From Callorhinchus milii (lineage: Eukaryota), in NCBI RefSeq assembly GCF_018977255.1, contig NW_024704754.1:2728001-2792000 (forward strand): 64,000 nucleotides of DNA, written 5' to 3'. Below the pieces are notes generated by a model that was not told where the DNA came from, did no database searches, and saw nothing but the letters and a program-made list of their open reading frames with translations. A program made the position numbers and the translations under genes. Shown here one piece after another: positions 48,301-63,300 of this stretch; position 1 is the stretch's first letter, and every line of letters starts with the position of its first letter.

Positions 48301-51300
48301 TTCTATCGTTGCACTCTGAACTTCTGGCCGCTTGTGGGGTTCTCCGTATGATCGGGTCACTGGATTATACATGAATTCTTCTGGGACTAAATATTGTACA
48401 ACAATTGTCAGACTTTTTCTTAAATACACAGATATCTAAATAATAATCCTTGCATCACATCTTCGAGTTGTCTCAAAGCGCTTCACAGAATATACTGTAA
48501 AGTGAATCGACTATATTTTGTGGGCAAAATAGTATTAGAATGCCTGTTTTTTTAGGCCTGCCTTTCTACAAAACTGATACAATGTCTAGTGAAATGCTAG
48601 CGATAGAATAGTAAATATTTCAGTGTCTGACACTGGCAAAAGACAACTCACTTAAAAGCGCAATGCTTCAGTAATAGATGCATTCTTGTTCTATTTAGAT
48701 AGTAATCTTTATTCTTTTAGATCACTTTTCAGATACCCCATTCTTTTAGAACACGTGGTGTGTGCAAATGTTTTCATGCCTTTCATATCAGTAGGGTGAC
48801 TCAAACCTCTTCACAGGATTTACTGTAAAGTGTCATGACTGAATTTTGTAAGCAGGAAGCCCATTCCCAGATCTCTGGCAGTGAAGTGCTAGAACCAAAT
48901 GGCTTGTAAGACCCAAGCATCCAATCTCTTCAGCAGTTCAGGTTTTTAAGGAACTGCATGACAATCTGCACCTTAACGATACAACATTGCAAGATTTGGC
49001 TTCAAGTTTTCTCTACTAGCATTTCATTAGCAAAGTACTTGCAGAGTTCAAAACTAATATACAGTGTGGTCCTGTTACAACACAATGGATATGGCAATGG
49101 ATCCCATACACCGCTGATGTCATAATAATCCATCAGTTTTTTGCTACCCACGGGCGTGGGAATTGGATGGCATTGCTGGCCCCTTGCACACAAGCTATGC
49201 CACGAGCTACAGGATTAGAATTTTCTCCCTGTTGGCCTACATCTCACTTCTAGCTCCTAACCTCCTCCTCCTGCTAGGATGTGGTTCCTTAGGCTCTGGC
49301 TCCTCTCTGGAACCACGCCCAAGTGTTTTTTGTCCATGTGTGAGTCTTGACATTGAGTGTTACCGGCCCAAGCCTAGCACCTGCCTGTCACACAACAACA
49401 AAATTACATTTGTTTAGCGCCTTTCACGTCGGGAGGACGTCCCAAGGTGCCGGAGGGCCAAGGTGTGCTTGTCCCTAGGCACAAGCACACAACCAGTAGA
49501 GGGACCTGGAGCAGGAACCCAGACTGGCTATCCCATCCCTAACCCTATGTAGTTCCAGCTGAGGCCAGCAAACAGCACGGAATTCCTAAGCTCTGTGCAC
49601 TACATCATCATGGCCGTCCGCCCGTCAAATTAAATTTGCTCCTTTTCAGCAAACTTACCATCATTAACTCGATAGCACAAGTTACATTTCCATCTTCTTT
49701 GGTCCAGAAAGTTAACAAAGGGGTTAATGTACGTCCGGCAGGAACGACACCTAACAATGGTACTGGATGTGACAACAGGTAATTGCTGCAACAAGAAGCA
49801 AAACTAAGCATTAAAGAATGAACAACATAAACAACACATTTACCTCCAGCAGCGTTAACAAAAATAAGATCAAATATAGAATTAAAATTAACTGTAAGGC
49901 CATTTGAAACAATGACTTGAAAGATCAGGCAGCAGAACCCCAATGAACGAACAAGTGGTACCACATTACTCAGTTTTATATTCCGCTGCCTCTTCCCAGC
50001 TCCTGATCTCAACCAAATTGCTGTGTGTGTCAAGTTATAGCTAGGCCAAAGGCAACAACGGAGGAATAATGCATATGCAGTTTTTCTTTTTTTTTTGGCT
50101 ACTGAAAGATTAACCGTCTTACCGATAAATCTCTGAAGGGATGCAGATGCAGTCCTAATGGAAGCTTAGCTTTGTTCAATAAAGACTGAGTCTGAGGGAT
50201 GTTGGTCAGCGTACATCTGAACACGCTAAATTGAAAATAAAATACTCAATGTTAGCAAGGTTAAATGTATGAAGGTCACTTGGCTCTCCGACCCTTTGCC
50301 TGGAATGGAGTGTGCACTCTGCCCGGAGTAATTTATTCTGCTTCCCCAATTCCTCATTAATTAATTACCTGTTATTAGCTACAGGCAGACGTAAGCTAAG
50401 GTTTGGGAAGGCCATGGTGTGTTGGGGTACTGATGGAAGTTAACCAGCTAACACAGTATAGCTGCCATTGAGAGAATTATCTCCCAAGCAACCCGCTGTC
50501 TGTTTAGCTAGGACCAGGATTAGGGCTTTGATCTGCAGCGTTAAAGTTGAGTGGAAAGAACCCATTCCAGTCCTGTCGACATGCCAAGATGGCTAATCTG
50601 TTATCAGCAGTGCCCTCTCTCTCTCTCTCTCCAATTCCCCCCCACCACCACACCCGAGGATAGCAATGTTAGAATAAGCGACAGCTGATGGAGCTCACTC
50701 TGATTTGGAATTCAATCTCTGTAGATCTTTGTGCAGGTTTGGAATTGGGGCTTTGACGGGAGTTGAAGGCAGAATGTTTCTCTCCTGCAGAAGGTTCACA
50801 GGTCTCAGCCCTTCTGGCTGCTGGTTCTGTTGTAGACCAAGGCCACCCATGGAGGTTGTCAGTGTATTCATCCCAAGAGGAGCCTGAAGAGGAGAGTTTG
50901 ATCAGTGAGAACAAATCATTACTCATTCCAGGATCTTATCAAAGAGTTTTTCCAAACAGCTGATTGGAAACCAGGCAAGATAACTTTGGCAGAAAAGCTT
51001 CAATACCACAGCATTATCTTGTTATAATACTGTACTCAAGAACACAGCAATATTAATAATAATCCTTGCATTTGATATAGCGCCTTGTTATGCCATTGAG
51101 GCGTCTCAAAGCCCTTCACAGGATATTGACTCCCTCCAAGGGGGAAGCTAATAATGTACACACTGGCCAATATCAGGAACTCCAAACATATGGCAGAATT
51201 GTTGCTTTAAATCCATGTCTATTAGTCCACTAAAAACAGAGCTTTGCACCATTTGACAGTTGGTTCTAGCAGTGAGTATTTGATATTCAGCGAGATTCTC

Positions 51301-54300
51301 AGTTCCAGCACTTACCTGAGGAAACTGCTGTGGTCTTGCACTGTTGACCTGAGTAGGAGGTTGACCACCTGCGATTCCAGGGCCAGGTAGGTTTTGGTAG
51401 CCGGGGGGCAAGGAGGGATACGAATGGCCGAGTGTCTTGCCATGCTTTACAGCTGGTTGATGAGGTTGCACTGGTGAAAGCAAGATACACTTAAAATGCA
51501 CATCAAGAAAAGTGGTGCTCTATTTGATATATAAATAAAACAAGTCTTGGAAGATTGTACATCATGCAAGTATGAGAGAACTTCCCAGAAGACTTGGACC
51601 ACCAATGAACATTGCTGTGAACACCAACATCTCCGGAAAGCAATGAGTAACATCAGTATTAAGAAGAGCAATTTAAAAAAACACTTACCCATGCAGCCTC
51701 CGCCTTCCAAAACATCATAATTGTTTGAAACTATAGGTTGATCACTACCGGTTCTGGAGTTGTCTCCTGAAATGGAAAGTTGCATCGGGTATTTATAGTT
51801 ATACTCCTGAAAATTAACATCTGGATTACAAAATATAAAGTCAATTCACTTTACAGTATATTCTGTTAAACGCTTTGGGACGTCTCGGAGATGTATTAAG
51901 GCGCTATATCAAATGCAAGAATTCTTATTATATTACAGAATTTTCAGACTTCCAGGAAGGAACATGTTAAATTCAACAATACTCTTGAAAACACTGATTT
52001 TCTCTCTCTCCCCTCAACTAGAGCCCAATTTCACTACAGAAGTAATTTGTGTGGTACAGTTTTGTATTGTGGTACATTGCTGTGTGCAAATTGACTTCCT
52101 TTTAAACTAGAAGTCATTTAAAATAAACTAACACTGAGTTTGAATATACTTTTGTATAGAAGATGAACCAAATGGACAGTATACACTTGCTTTACCCATT
52201 TAGTTAAGATGCCTAAAATACACAGCAAAGGGATATTATTCAAATTCAAAGCAACGCATACAAACTCATTATTGGGCAGTGGATGCAAAACACTTTGGCA
52301 TTTATGTTCAGTATTTTAGATATTCCAGGAAGGTACAAATGGCTTGAGATGAAAATCCAAGCTCATAAAATGGCACTTTATCTGTCTTTTACAAATGTAA
52401 CATTTCCATGAAATTTAAATAATTTCCACATCATGTTGCATTTGCTTGTGAAATGTGAAGATACAATACCAAATTACACTTGTAAAGTGCCTTTCAGGTC
52501 AGGAGAACGTCCCAAGGCGCTGAACTGTCAGGGATTAGGACCGGGGGGGGGGGGTGGGTGGGGGGGAGGTGGGGGTAAGAGGGTGGCCGAAGAGGAGGGC
52601 CTTGAGGCGTGCCTTGAAGGAGGCAAGGGAGTGAGCAAGACGAAGGGAATGTGGGATGGAATTCCAGAGGGTGGGGGCAGAGAGGCTAAAGGCCCGACCG
52701 CCAATGGTCGGAGCAGGACTCAGCGGACAGGTTGATAAGGGGTCAGCAGGTCATGGAGGGCCTTGAAGGTGAGGACGAGAACTTTGAATTCGATCCTCTG
52801 AGGGATGGGGAACAGTGGAGCCGGACGAGGGTGGGAGTGATGGGGTCTCGGAGCCTGGTTTGGGAGAGGACACGAGCTGCAGAGTTTTGGATGATCTGCA
52901 GCTTGTGGAGGGAAGAGGACTTCACATAACATACTGTAAAGTGAATTGACTGTATATTTATGATGTTCTAAAAGCACCTGCACCAATAAATGCATCTCCA
53001 CAAGCAATAAGTGCCATTACCACTTTTATCTCTACTGCTTAGCTCACAATTAATTCTTAAACCAATATATTGAATTTTTAATCTGAAAAAACATGGCAGG
53101 AAACTCCACCGTGAGAACAGTTAACAACTCATTATCTCAACACAAAACTTTTCTGCTTTACTCATCTTCCTTTCACAATTCTTCCAATACAGATTAAATG
53201 TTTCACACGTGGATTTCCTCATTATAAAAGCAGGGTCTGGCTCCGAATGCATGGTTTACCGCCTTAATCCCAATCATTTAAATATGCTTAACTTACCATT
53301 TAAAATGCGCAAAGCTTTAGGACAAAGTAGAACTGTAGTTTCACCACCAACAACAATAAATTACATTTGTTTAGAGAGTTCCACGTCAGGAGGACGTCCC
53401 AAAGATCTGGATAGCGAGGGATCCGCACCCGAGCTGGTGGTTGGGATCAGGAATGGTGGAGGGTGGGGAGGGTAAGGGTAGGAGGGTGACCGAAGGCACG
53501 GTCGAAGAGGAGGGTCTTGAGATGGGCCTCGAAGGAGGTAAGGGAGGGGTGAGGCGGCGGGACTGTGAGATGGAGTTCCAGAGTGTGGGGGCAGAGGCCG
53601 AAGGCCTGCCCGCCAATGGTGGGGCGGGTAAAACGGGGGACGTAAAGCAGGCTGGAGTCCACTGAGCAGCAGAATTCTGCAGTAAAATATTCCCATCGTC
53701 TTCTTTCCCTCCCATTCCCTCGTTTCTCCTGAAAGCAGAACTGGTGTTGCTTGACAGTTCCGCAGGATGAACCTCTCATATCTCACCCAAGGTGTTACTT
53801 TCATGTTGGTATAGTCAGTGTCCTTTACCTCACTCACATCATTCCAAATCTAACTTGTGGATGAAGGTACATTTATAGACGGCCTCTTCCCGAGAGAAAA
53901 AAACACCTGCTTCCGAAAAAAGTTTTTTTTGGGGGGGAATGCATTAATGTAGAGCAACTTTTAAAATGATTGCGTTTATAGCATCTTAAAAAGTACTCTG
54001 CTAAAACCGCCTGTCAAGCAGTTTGTGTTATATAATCCAAACAGCATTCACTATATTTAGCAAAACGTACTCTACACAACACTGGACTATATATAGGTTT
54101 GGATCATTAAACAGGGCATCAATTGACATGGATTATCTAACGTTTCTCTGTCTCAATTTATATAAGCAATCCGTGCATCAGAGTTGATAATTAAGTTTTT
54201 TTCATCCATGGGAGGCTTACCTTCTAGTCCTCCTGAGAAGTTTAGGTTTTGCGGCAATGGTCTATCATGACTATTTGTTGCCGGAGGACAAGTTGGTCTA

Positions 54301-57300
54301 ATCATAGAAGCACCTCCACTTGGTGGAGGGGCCCCCAGGGGTGGTCTGCCGGGCTGATACATCCGAGGTATTGGCTGGCTGACTGGTGCATGACCTAATC
54401 CTGTCGAGATATTGAAATCATTAACAAGAATTTACATACGCAAGTTCATTTATATATAAAATATATATATATATACACACACACACTTTGTTCACTGCAT
54501 TATAAAGTATAATCCCTTCAAAACAAGACACTGCTGTGTGCATTTGCTGCCAAGTTTCGCCCAAAATTACATAGTCAATTCACTTTGCGGTATATTCTGT
54601 GAAGCGCTTTAAGAGGTCTCAGAGACGTGATAAGGCCCTATGTCAAATGCAAGGACTATAACTATTTATCCTTCTTTAGAATTTTTCCAATTAGGTACTT
54701 AATGGAAACTAATCACAAAGGGCCATTCATTTCAAACAAAAATGCACAGTACGATCTTACAAAACCACATTTAAAAATTCCTAGTATGTAAACACCAGTC
54801 ATTTTTATTCTCCCTTTCCTCCAAGCTCAATAAGTTTGCCAGAGATCATTAGTATTGGAAACAATTCACTCTGTTGTCCCAATAAACCCATAAAATGAAA
54901 TTATTACCTCAATTTACCCACAACAGCAATGTATCTCTTAAACTACCACTTTACTCTGCAGCACAATATACTGTATATACTGTATAGACCAGCTTCAGAA
55001 AAATGGTTGTTCCACTGGATATTTGAGCACTCGAGCAGACAATGTGAAATTTTCACATTGACCTATATTTCCGTTTTGCATACATTTGTACATGACTAAC
55101 TGTCACAATTCATTGAAAGTACAAAAGACCAAAAGGTCAATCTCATTTTGAGCAAAATTCTTTGATTTCCTAGTAGAGATGTGCATTTTTGACTGTAGTT
55201 TTGTGTATTTAGTCACTGAGCACCTTTCAATATTTTGCACATGTGCATTGCAGTTATCACCAGCTGTCTCAACAACATCTTGCGTTTATACAGCGCCTTT
55301 CACACCGGACGGCGTCTCGGAGTGCTTCACAGTTGCGGAGCCTGATGCCAAGCCAGGGGGAGGGGAAAAGTGACTATAGGCACGGTTGAAGATGAAGGAG
55401 GGGGGCAAGGCAAAGCGATTGAGGGTGAGAGTTCCACAGCTTCGGGGCACAGTGGCTGAAAGACAAGTTGGCATCTAAGGAAGCGTGTACAAAAAGCAGC
55501 CCGAGTAGATCAGCCCTCTAGTATAAAACCGCATTGGTTTCCTTGAGAGAACTGAAGAGCTACTTGATAAACCCAAGAATTGATTTTCTGCTTTGAGAAT
55601 GCACAGTGCATAAAACCCAAACCAAGTTACAAATGCTTCCTAACCAATTCAGTAATGTTCACCTCTCATCTATAAGAATTGTTTATTTTTATCTGAGCCA
55701 CATATAGCGGGAGAGAGCCAGACTGAATTTTAAAATTCGTCGAGGTTTAACAATATTTTTAAACTCTCATCTTTTATAAATAGTTGTGAAATCATTCCAA
55801 AAACTGGTCACACCCAATGCTGGATTAAGAGCAGTGCCAGACACGATAGCATAATACCCTCCACATTTGTACTATGCAGTTGGATTTCAGAAAGGCAGCT
55901 GCATTTTCCAATGTAGTCTGCTGGCGTAGCAGTAATCCCTACTCCACTTGCAGATTTTAACTGGCAACATCGAGATAATCCACCCCAACCCACGCCCATC
56001 ACTGTTCAGTGGGTAAATGGGTAAATTTACCCATTTAAATTTCGCCCACAAAATATACAGTCAATTCACTTTACAGTATATTCTGTGAAGCGTTTTGAGA
56101 CGTCTTGAAGACGTGACAAGGCGCAATATCAAATGCAAGGATTATTATTACTATAGATGTGATTTGGTACTGAGCCAGAACTTGAAGGTCCCACGTGTAT
56201 GCAGAAATAGGTACATCAGGACAGCAGTGCTCACGCCCAGGAAAGAAGGAACAAATGATCAAGAAAACCTATTGTAGTATGTCTTCAGGAGGGGATGGAG
56301 TAGAAAGTTTGGGGAGGTGGGGAAAAGAGAAAAAAAAGATAAAGCATTATTGTTTATTCAAAGGATTTGAAGAATAGGATCTGTGGCGTGGAACTTCCTC
56401 TACAGAGATACGTTCCCAAATTTGCAGACTGCAGCAATTTTGGAGAGGAACAAAGATGCAATGCATAAAAACAATGCAAGTAGAAAATTAGCGCAAAGGT
56501 TCATGGTAAGGATACAAAAGCAGTATTCAACACCTGGAAGACATGACATCTGTGGTTTGCATGACACACCTCCCATTTCAGACTACTCTGCTGCTCGTGC
56601 AAGCTTTGATTGGGAGCCTTGGAATTCAGTCGTTAATACTCTTTATGTATGTAATATGAAGGAAACAAATTATATCCAGAATGTCATACGGATAGAACAC
56701 CACAGGGGACATGCCTTATAAAACCAACATAATGGCATAGTGTGTTGTACATTTTGTCCAAACAAAAGGCCAAAGTGCAATGTTGCAAGACTGGAAATTG
56801 ATCATGCTCACGGTCACCTCCCCCGCTCCCTCTCCCCCTGGCTCCTTATCAAGACTTCGCCAGTGTGAAGTGCTCCGGGACTCTATCCCACGTGAAGGGT
56901 GCTATGTGAATGCAAGTTGTTGAAATAATGATGCTCTTTGATGTAGTGTCAGGAAGTGTCTCCTGAGCCGAGGCAAAGGCGAGCAGGTTTCCTTACCAAC
57001 TGCGTCCTCCCATTAATCCCCTGGGCTCCTGCTGCTGCCATGACAGGACAGTTCACTGGCGAGGGAGGGAGCGGGAGGGCTACCAGTTGGACCACCTTGA
57101 TCTAACCCAATTACTTTCCCTTTATTTTACTTCAGATTGAGCCATGTCGCCACGAACCACTATTCTTAAAATAACACACAAAAACACTTGACACTAACAC
57201 TCAGGGGGATGGAATGAGGAGAGAATAAAGAACGAGAACGTTGCTGTAGGTAGAGTATAAAGAAAGCAGATGTACATTTCTGTACTGATATCAGATTTTC

Positions 57301-60300
57301 CAACCAAAATATCACAATGAACCAAAGTTCAACCTTCTCTTCCTCCTGGCTCATTCACTCATTAATCTGGCACTGTGAACAGACTTTAGTACCAGAAGCA
57401 TTCCAGAAGAGCTTTATTAGCAGAATACCTTTATCAGAAACCCTGTTGTTAAAGAGTATTGTAATGAGGTAGTTAGCTAGTAGTCAATTGAACGTAAGGT
57501 CAATGTTCACCTCCAACAACAGGGACCTTTCAACCTCCTCTGTCACAACGCAGTCGGTGCTAATCCAGCCAGTCATTCACCTTGCATGATGAGTAAGCAA
57601 CTGTGTGACTCCGGAAAAACGCAGCACTGTGGAAACTCTAAGACGTACGAGGGGCTGAATGGCCTATTCCTGTTTCTTTGTTTCTAGGAGCAGAGGAATA
57701 TATATCCCAATGAAGGGAAGCTGGAAAATTAATTTGGACACACTAGCATTTTTGTAAAAAAAAAGTGGAAAGGATCATTCAGAAACATGTATGACCCTTA
57801 AAGAAGCACCGTACAGGAAACGGCCACAGTGTGAGAGGACAGGTGTGTTCTTTCTGTCCGCCTGCGTGAATTGAACATTTGCTCAGCCTGCCAAATTCCA
57901 AACAAAACACCAGAAATACCAAAGCATTGAACCCTCAGCAAATAAAATGTATACTGACAATTGAACACTGTTCTATTAAAATGATCTTTACCCCCTGGAC
58001 ATTTCTGCAAGCAGCAAATGATCCCAGAGTACAAAATGAGCAGAACTCGCTTACCTGGGTTCACATAGTTCTGCGGAATAGGTCCTCCAGTTGGATTTGC
58101 ATACAGAGTGCCTGCAGGTGCTTTTGAACCTCCACTGCCGTAAAGCACAGACGAGGGCTCTGTAGGTATTTGGCTCGGCCTGGTTCCTGGGACATGATTT
58201 GCTTGGTAAGGGGTAGCCAGTGGTGGCTGACTGATAGGACGGGACTGTTGTGGGGCACTGTACTGCCAACTTGACTGTGATGGGACTGCGGCTGGCGAGT
58301 AAACACTGTTAGACGCTACGTGCGGGAAAGAGCCGTGAGGAGGCGGAGGCATTCTCGAGTAAGATCCTGGATTTGTAGCCACAGACGTGCTCAGTCCATC
58401 AGCTGGCATTGCCTTCTGTTGTGGGGCAGCATTTAGTGCAGGACCCATGGGGGGTCTTGTGGCATTCTCTCCAGGGCTCGAAAAACCTCCGGCAGGCTGA
58501 GCGTATTGACTATATCCGTAGTTGGCCTGTCCAACCATCGGCTGCGAAAAGTCCTTCGAAGGGATTTGCTGTGAATATGGTGCTGGAGGAACTAAGTTAT
58601 ACCCCTGTTCATTGGAGAATGGAGGATGCTGAATCAACTGGTTCTGCACAGGGCCTGTGAAAAGGGACATAGAATGCAGTTACAAAACAACAGAGGCATT
58701 TAGATCAGATAGATGCAGATTATCAAGCCAACACGAAAGTAAAATGATATTGCAAATGCGTTCGAAGCAGGATCTCATTGGCTCCACTCAAGGCGCAATT
58801 TGCAACCGAGAGAGGACAAAAATATCGGTTTACAAGCTCTAGAGATATTCATTTGAATAAAAAGGTTGGGATATCATTTGTTCACAGGCTTTCTTTCAAA
58901 ATTCATAGCTAATCCCGTAGCGTTTTACGAAGAACACATTTTAAAAGCTTTCTGGTCATGACTTTTATATGACATGACACAATTACTGAGGATACAAGTG
59001 CTCATTGGCGCAAAAGTTAGATTCCATAAGAAAAATCACCAAAGCTCAAAAAATTCAAATACGTTTCATCATTTTTTATTATAATGATTATGTACCTTGG
59101 GGTACACACCTAAGAAACTCATTCAGGTTTATGGCTGCACCAATGTTAAGACTTTGAAGATAGTGGCCTGGTGGGTGGGGGGGGGGGGTTCAAAGTAGTG
59201 AATTTGAGGCGGGGGGAATTAAAAGTAACCAAGGAACAAATTAAATGCAATCCACAAGGTTGAACCCATAAGAAATATCATTGCTTAAATCCCGAGATTG
59301 CTGCTGGATAATAATTAGGGTAATCCTTGCATTTGGTATTGATCAGCAAATTCAGCCACCGGAAAGCAAGTTACAAGACAAATCATTGTTTAAAAAGTCC
59401 AATAAAAAATAAATAGCTTCCACTCAGCAATAAGAATCTTAATCCTCCCAGAACAATTCAAATGCTTTAGATGTTTTCCTCAGACTAAAAGTAAAAGCTT
59501 TGCATTATTTTAGATGACAGAAAGAAGGGTAACCATACCCTCTCCGCATGGTGTGCAGATCACTCACATTGGATAGGAAAGGTATGCGAACCTCAGTTTT
59601 GGAAAGCATTTAGACTCAAAAAGCTTTTTCTCTAAATTGCTTCAGAAAAGAGCCAAGCTGCTGCTAATACACTGACCAATTAATCCTTATACTTGATACA
59701 AGCCTGTCACATCAGGAGGACATCTCCAAGTACTTCAAGGTGTAGAGACTGTGTATCTTGTAAGCAAATCATAATATCTTATTAATGTATGCTGGGTGTG
59801 CATTTCTGTGCTCGCGTTAATAAGATACATTTCCTTTGAGATGTCTAGAAGACCTGATAAGGCGCTATATCAAATGCAAGGATTATTACTATTACATTAT
59901 TATATCATTCAGCCCGCAAACAGTCGCACTGTGTGCCCCAAAGCCTGGTCAATTTAAATGCATAAAGAAATGGATTTTCCTATTACATACTAATATAACC
60001 AGTCTTCCTTTTGCTCAGTGTACATAAATTTAGCATTTAAGCAGACGGAAAAATTAGGTATCTGAATTTTGTATGCAGCCACAAGGTTTTTTTTTTAAAA
60101 AGAGAATCGTGACAACAATTCTTACATTTAGTGTAGTGCCTTTCAACAACAACGTGCTCTGATATAGCGCTCTCCGTGCAGGGTAGCATCTCAGAGCTTT
60201 CACATCAGAAGCATGCCTCAAAGCGCTTCACAGGATATACTGTAAAACGTAGTGTTGGTATGCTTTGTTGAATTGAATAACCAGGTACGTATCATGGTTT

Positions 60301-63300
60301 AATGCATTTGTGATTGGTATGATCATAAGATAATGCACATTACTAAAACAAAGTGAGGATAAAATAAGATATGAATAGATTACAGTTGTCAAAAAAAACC
60401 TGACTCACTTTCCTTTCTCCACAGATGCTGCCTGACCTGCTGAGTGTTCCCAGCGACTTGTTTTTGTTTCAGATTTCCAGCACCTGCAGTATTTTGCATT
60501 TTTTTTAAGATAATGGTTGTCCTCTGTTTAAGTGCAGTGATCATTTTAACTTTAAAAAATGATCAGACAATTACACAGGATCCATTGTTTTCTTGGCTAC
60601 CTTTTAGTGCAGATAATGTCGGGATTGACCATTAGCTGCAGCAGCATCAATGTTTAACTAGAATGGGATTCTGAAGAGATAATCTCAATGACTATACTGA
60701 CATTGCAATTAAATGACTGGCCAAGGTAGCAGTACTCTCATTTCACTGCTGCCCCATTTAAAAATCTGTTGAAAAAGTTGTGCGCACATCTCAAGAGTCA
60801 GGAGCCAAGTCACAAACCAAACCACAAAAGATAAAGTTTGTTTAATAGTGCCCCAAACACTGAAATTAAAATGTCTCACAGGTATTGCTCTCACATGCAG
60901 TGACTGTATTTGTACACAAAAACAGCAGTCAATTTCCCAAGAAGCTTTGATGTAAATGACCAATTAATTCAGATGATCACTAGTCAATACTCTACTCAAA
61001 ACATCCTTCTGTTTTTCTATTTGGAATTAGGATCTTTAACATCCACCCGAATAGAAAACAGGTAGCAATGTGTTGTTTGAACCGACAAATTTCTGATAGA
61101 AAAGGCAAGAGTGAAAGACAAGGCATTATCGCTCAATATAAAAATTCTACACTTTCAACTACACTTTATTTCATGTATTTTTCAAACTACAGCATTATTT
61201 TCTGAATGGTCGATGATCTTTGCTTGAAGTTATTCTACAAAACATATAGTCTGCAGTACTATAATTTTCTTAGAAATAACAGTCTGGACAAACGCACAAC
61301 TGTAAGTCAACACAAAAGTCAGAACAAACAAACAAAAAAGTTGGATTAGGTCAAATTCAAATCTAAAATGAAAAGCTTCTGAATATAAGATCCAATCGAA
61401 AAAGTCTTTGGAATTGTTTTATCACAGGAAGCAGAAAACACTTCTACCACCGAAGTTCACCAGACAACGTGCAGATGGTGAAGTTGCGAAGCAGCTCAGC
61501 TTCACAACTGAAGATGTTTCATCCACGTTGCATTATTGGCCACTCCTATACCCTGGGGTGTCGGCCAGCATTTAGCAGATCCTACACTGAAATTTATACC
61601 GAATGTTTTAACAGCTTTAAACTTCTTTACAAAAACACAGCAACTTTTACACCCACATACAGATACTTTTTAAAGAGAAACTAAAAAAATGTGTTACATC
61701 ACTGCGCACCTGTGACTACCAGCATTTCCACTGTCTTTGCCACGTCAGTTGTACAACATTCTACACTTTACATGAAATTTCTTTACTGGGTGATGTATTT
61801 TATGTAGTAATCTGGACACTAGAGCACAGCCAACTTGGTGCTATGAAGTGTTCAGTAGTTCTTGGAATTTGCAAGGGATAAGGAAACAATAGGAAGTACA
61901 TAAAAGTATTTTTTCGAGTTGTTCGGATCTGGAATGCATTGCCTGAAAGGGCGAAACGAAAGCCGATTCGATAACAACTCGAACAGCAATTCTTAAAACA
62001 TTTCAAGCTGCTTTTTGGCCCCATTGTCATTTGCGGCCATTGATACATTACTCTCATTTTTACATTTCAAAATCTATTTAAAGTAATTCTCTATTGAGTG
62101 TCAGTCACCACCTTCAAAGGCCAAGAGAGGATGGACCGCAGGATTGTGTACTGTAGAGGACATCAATGGATTTCTCATACTTAGCTGAAGCTTGTGTGAA
62201 AACGAACGAATTGCAAGGCAGAACCACACACTGGCGGACAAATCATTTTTAGGAATGGGATTGGAGATGAAGACGTGTCAAGATATATCCAATTACCCCA
62301 GAGAAGAACAGTGGCTCTAAACTACTGGGGGAAAATAACTGAAAAGAGCAGGAGGCCTGGGTTGAACACTGCAGGTTTCTAAGGATGGTGTTTTGGGAGT
62401 TTTGTGTAATGGTCTTTAGAAAATCAGACTTTGTGGGAGGAAGGTTCCTAGACTCGAGACTTTTCAGAGCATAATGACAGTTATCTTTCAATTCTACGCA
62501 GTCTGCAAAAGTATATTTTCTCCCAAAATCGTTTTTTCTAAATAATATGCACCTGGAAATGAGGATGCAACTCAAGTAGTTCAAATCAGATTTTCAAAAC
62601 TATGCCAAAAGTACAGAGTAGCAGGATTCTCCCATTTTACAATCAAGATTGGGCCTCAAATTTTGTGATCTTCAGGGAGAGCATGTATATAATAATGCCA
62701 CAATTAGTCCGAATTTGTTAACAATGCGGTATGTATAGTCACAAATCTATCAATATTTTGAGCAGCCTCCAGGCAATCAGTCAGAGAACAACAAGCCTCC
62801 ACTTGCACACAAAAGATCCAATGATGTTGAATACCACAATCCCACACGGTTATTTTGTGACGTTTTCCCGACGTGGATGGTGCTATACAAATGGAATTTT
62901 GTTGTTGCTGTTGTTTGAAATTAACACCCTGACTTACAGCTCTTGCGAAAGAGTAGAGTGACGGAATTTTTTCTCCATAAATGCTTTTTAAAAAAGGAAT
63001 GAATTCCTCTCACTGAACAGGTTTTAGTTAGTTTAGTTTGGGACGAATGGCTGTCTGAGATCAACCACGGGCTGAAGAGACCAGAAAGTCAGGCTCTCAT
63101 TTATTACTCGGACATTGAACAGAGGAGGGGTGGGTGAGGTTAGTGACTGAATATTTGGTAGATTTCTGCTAGAAAATAATATCTGGGGATAAATACAGTA
63201 TATAGTTGGGGGTGGGGGAGGCACCACAGGTCAAGCCAGGACTGACTGCCAGGATGGTGGAAGTCGAACTAGATGGATGGACCTTGGTGCTTCATCTTTT

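Noticed and set aside
36281-58654. Assignment as SEC24B
   Set aside because: [22 protein letters not shown] terminus and CAMLG adjacency fit SEC24A.
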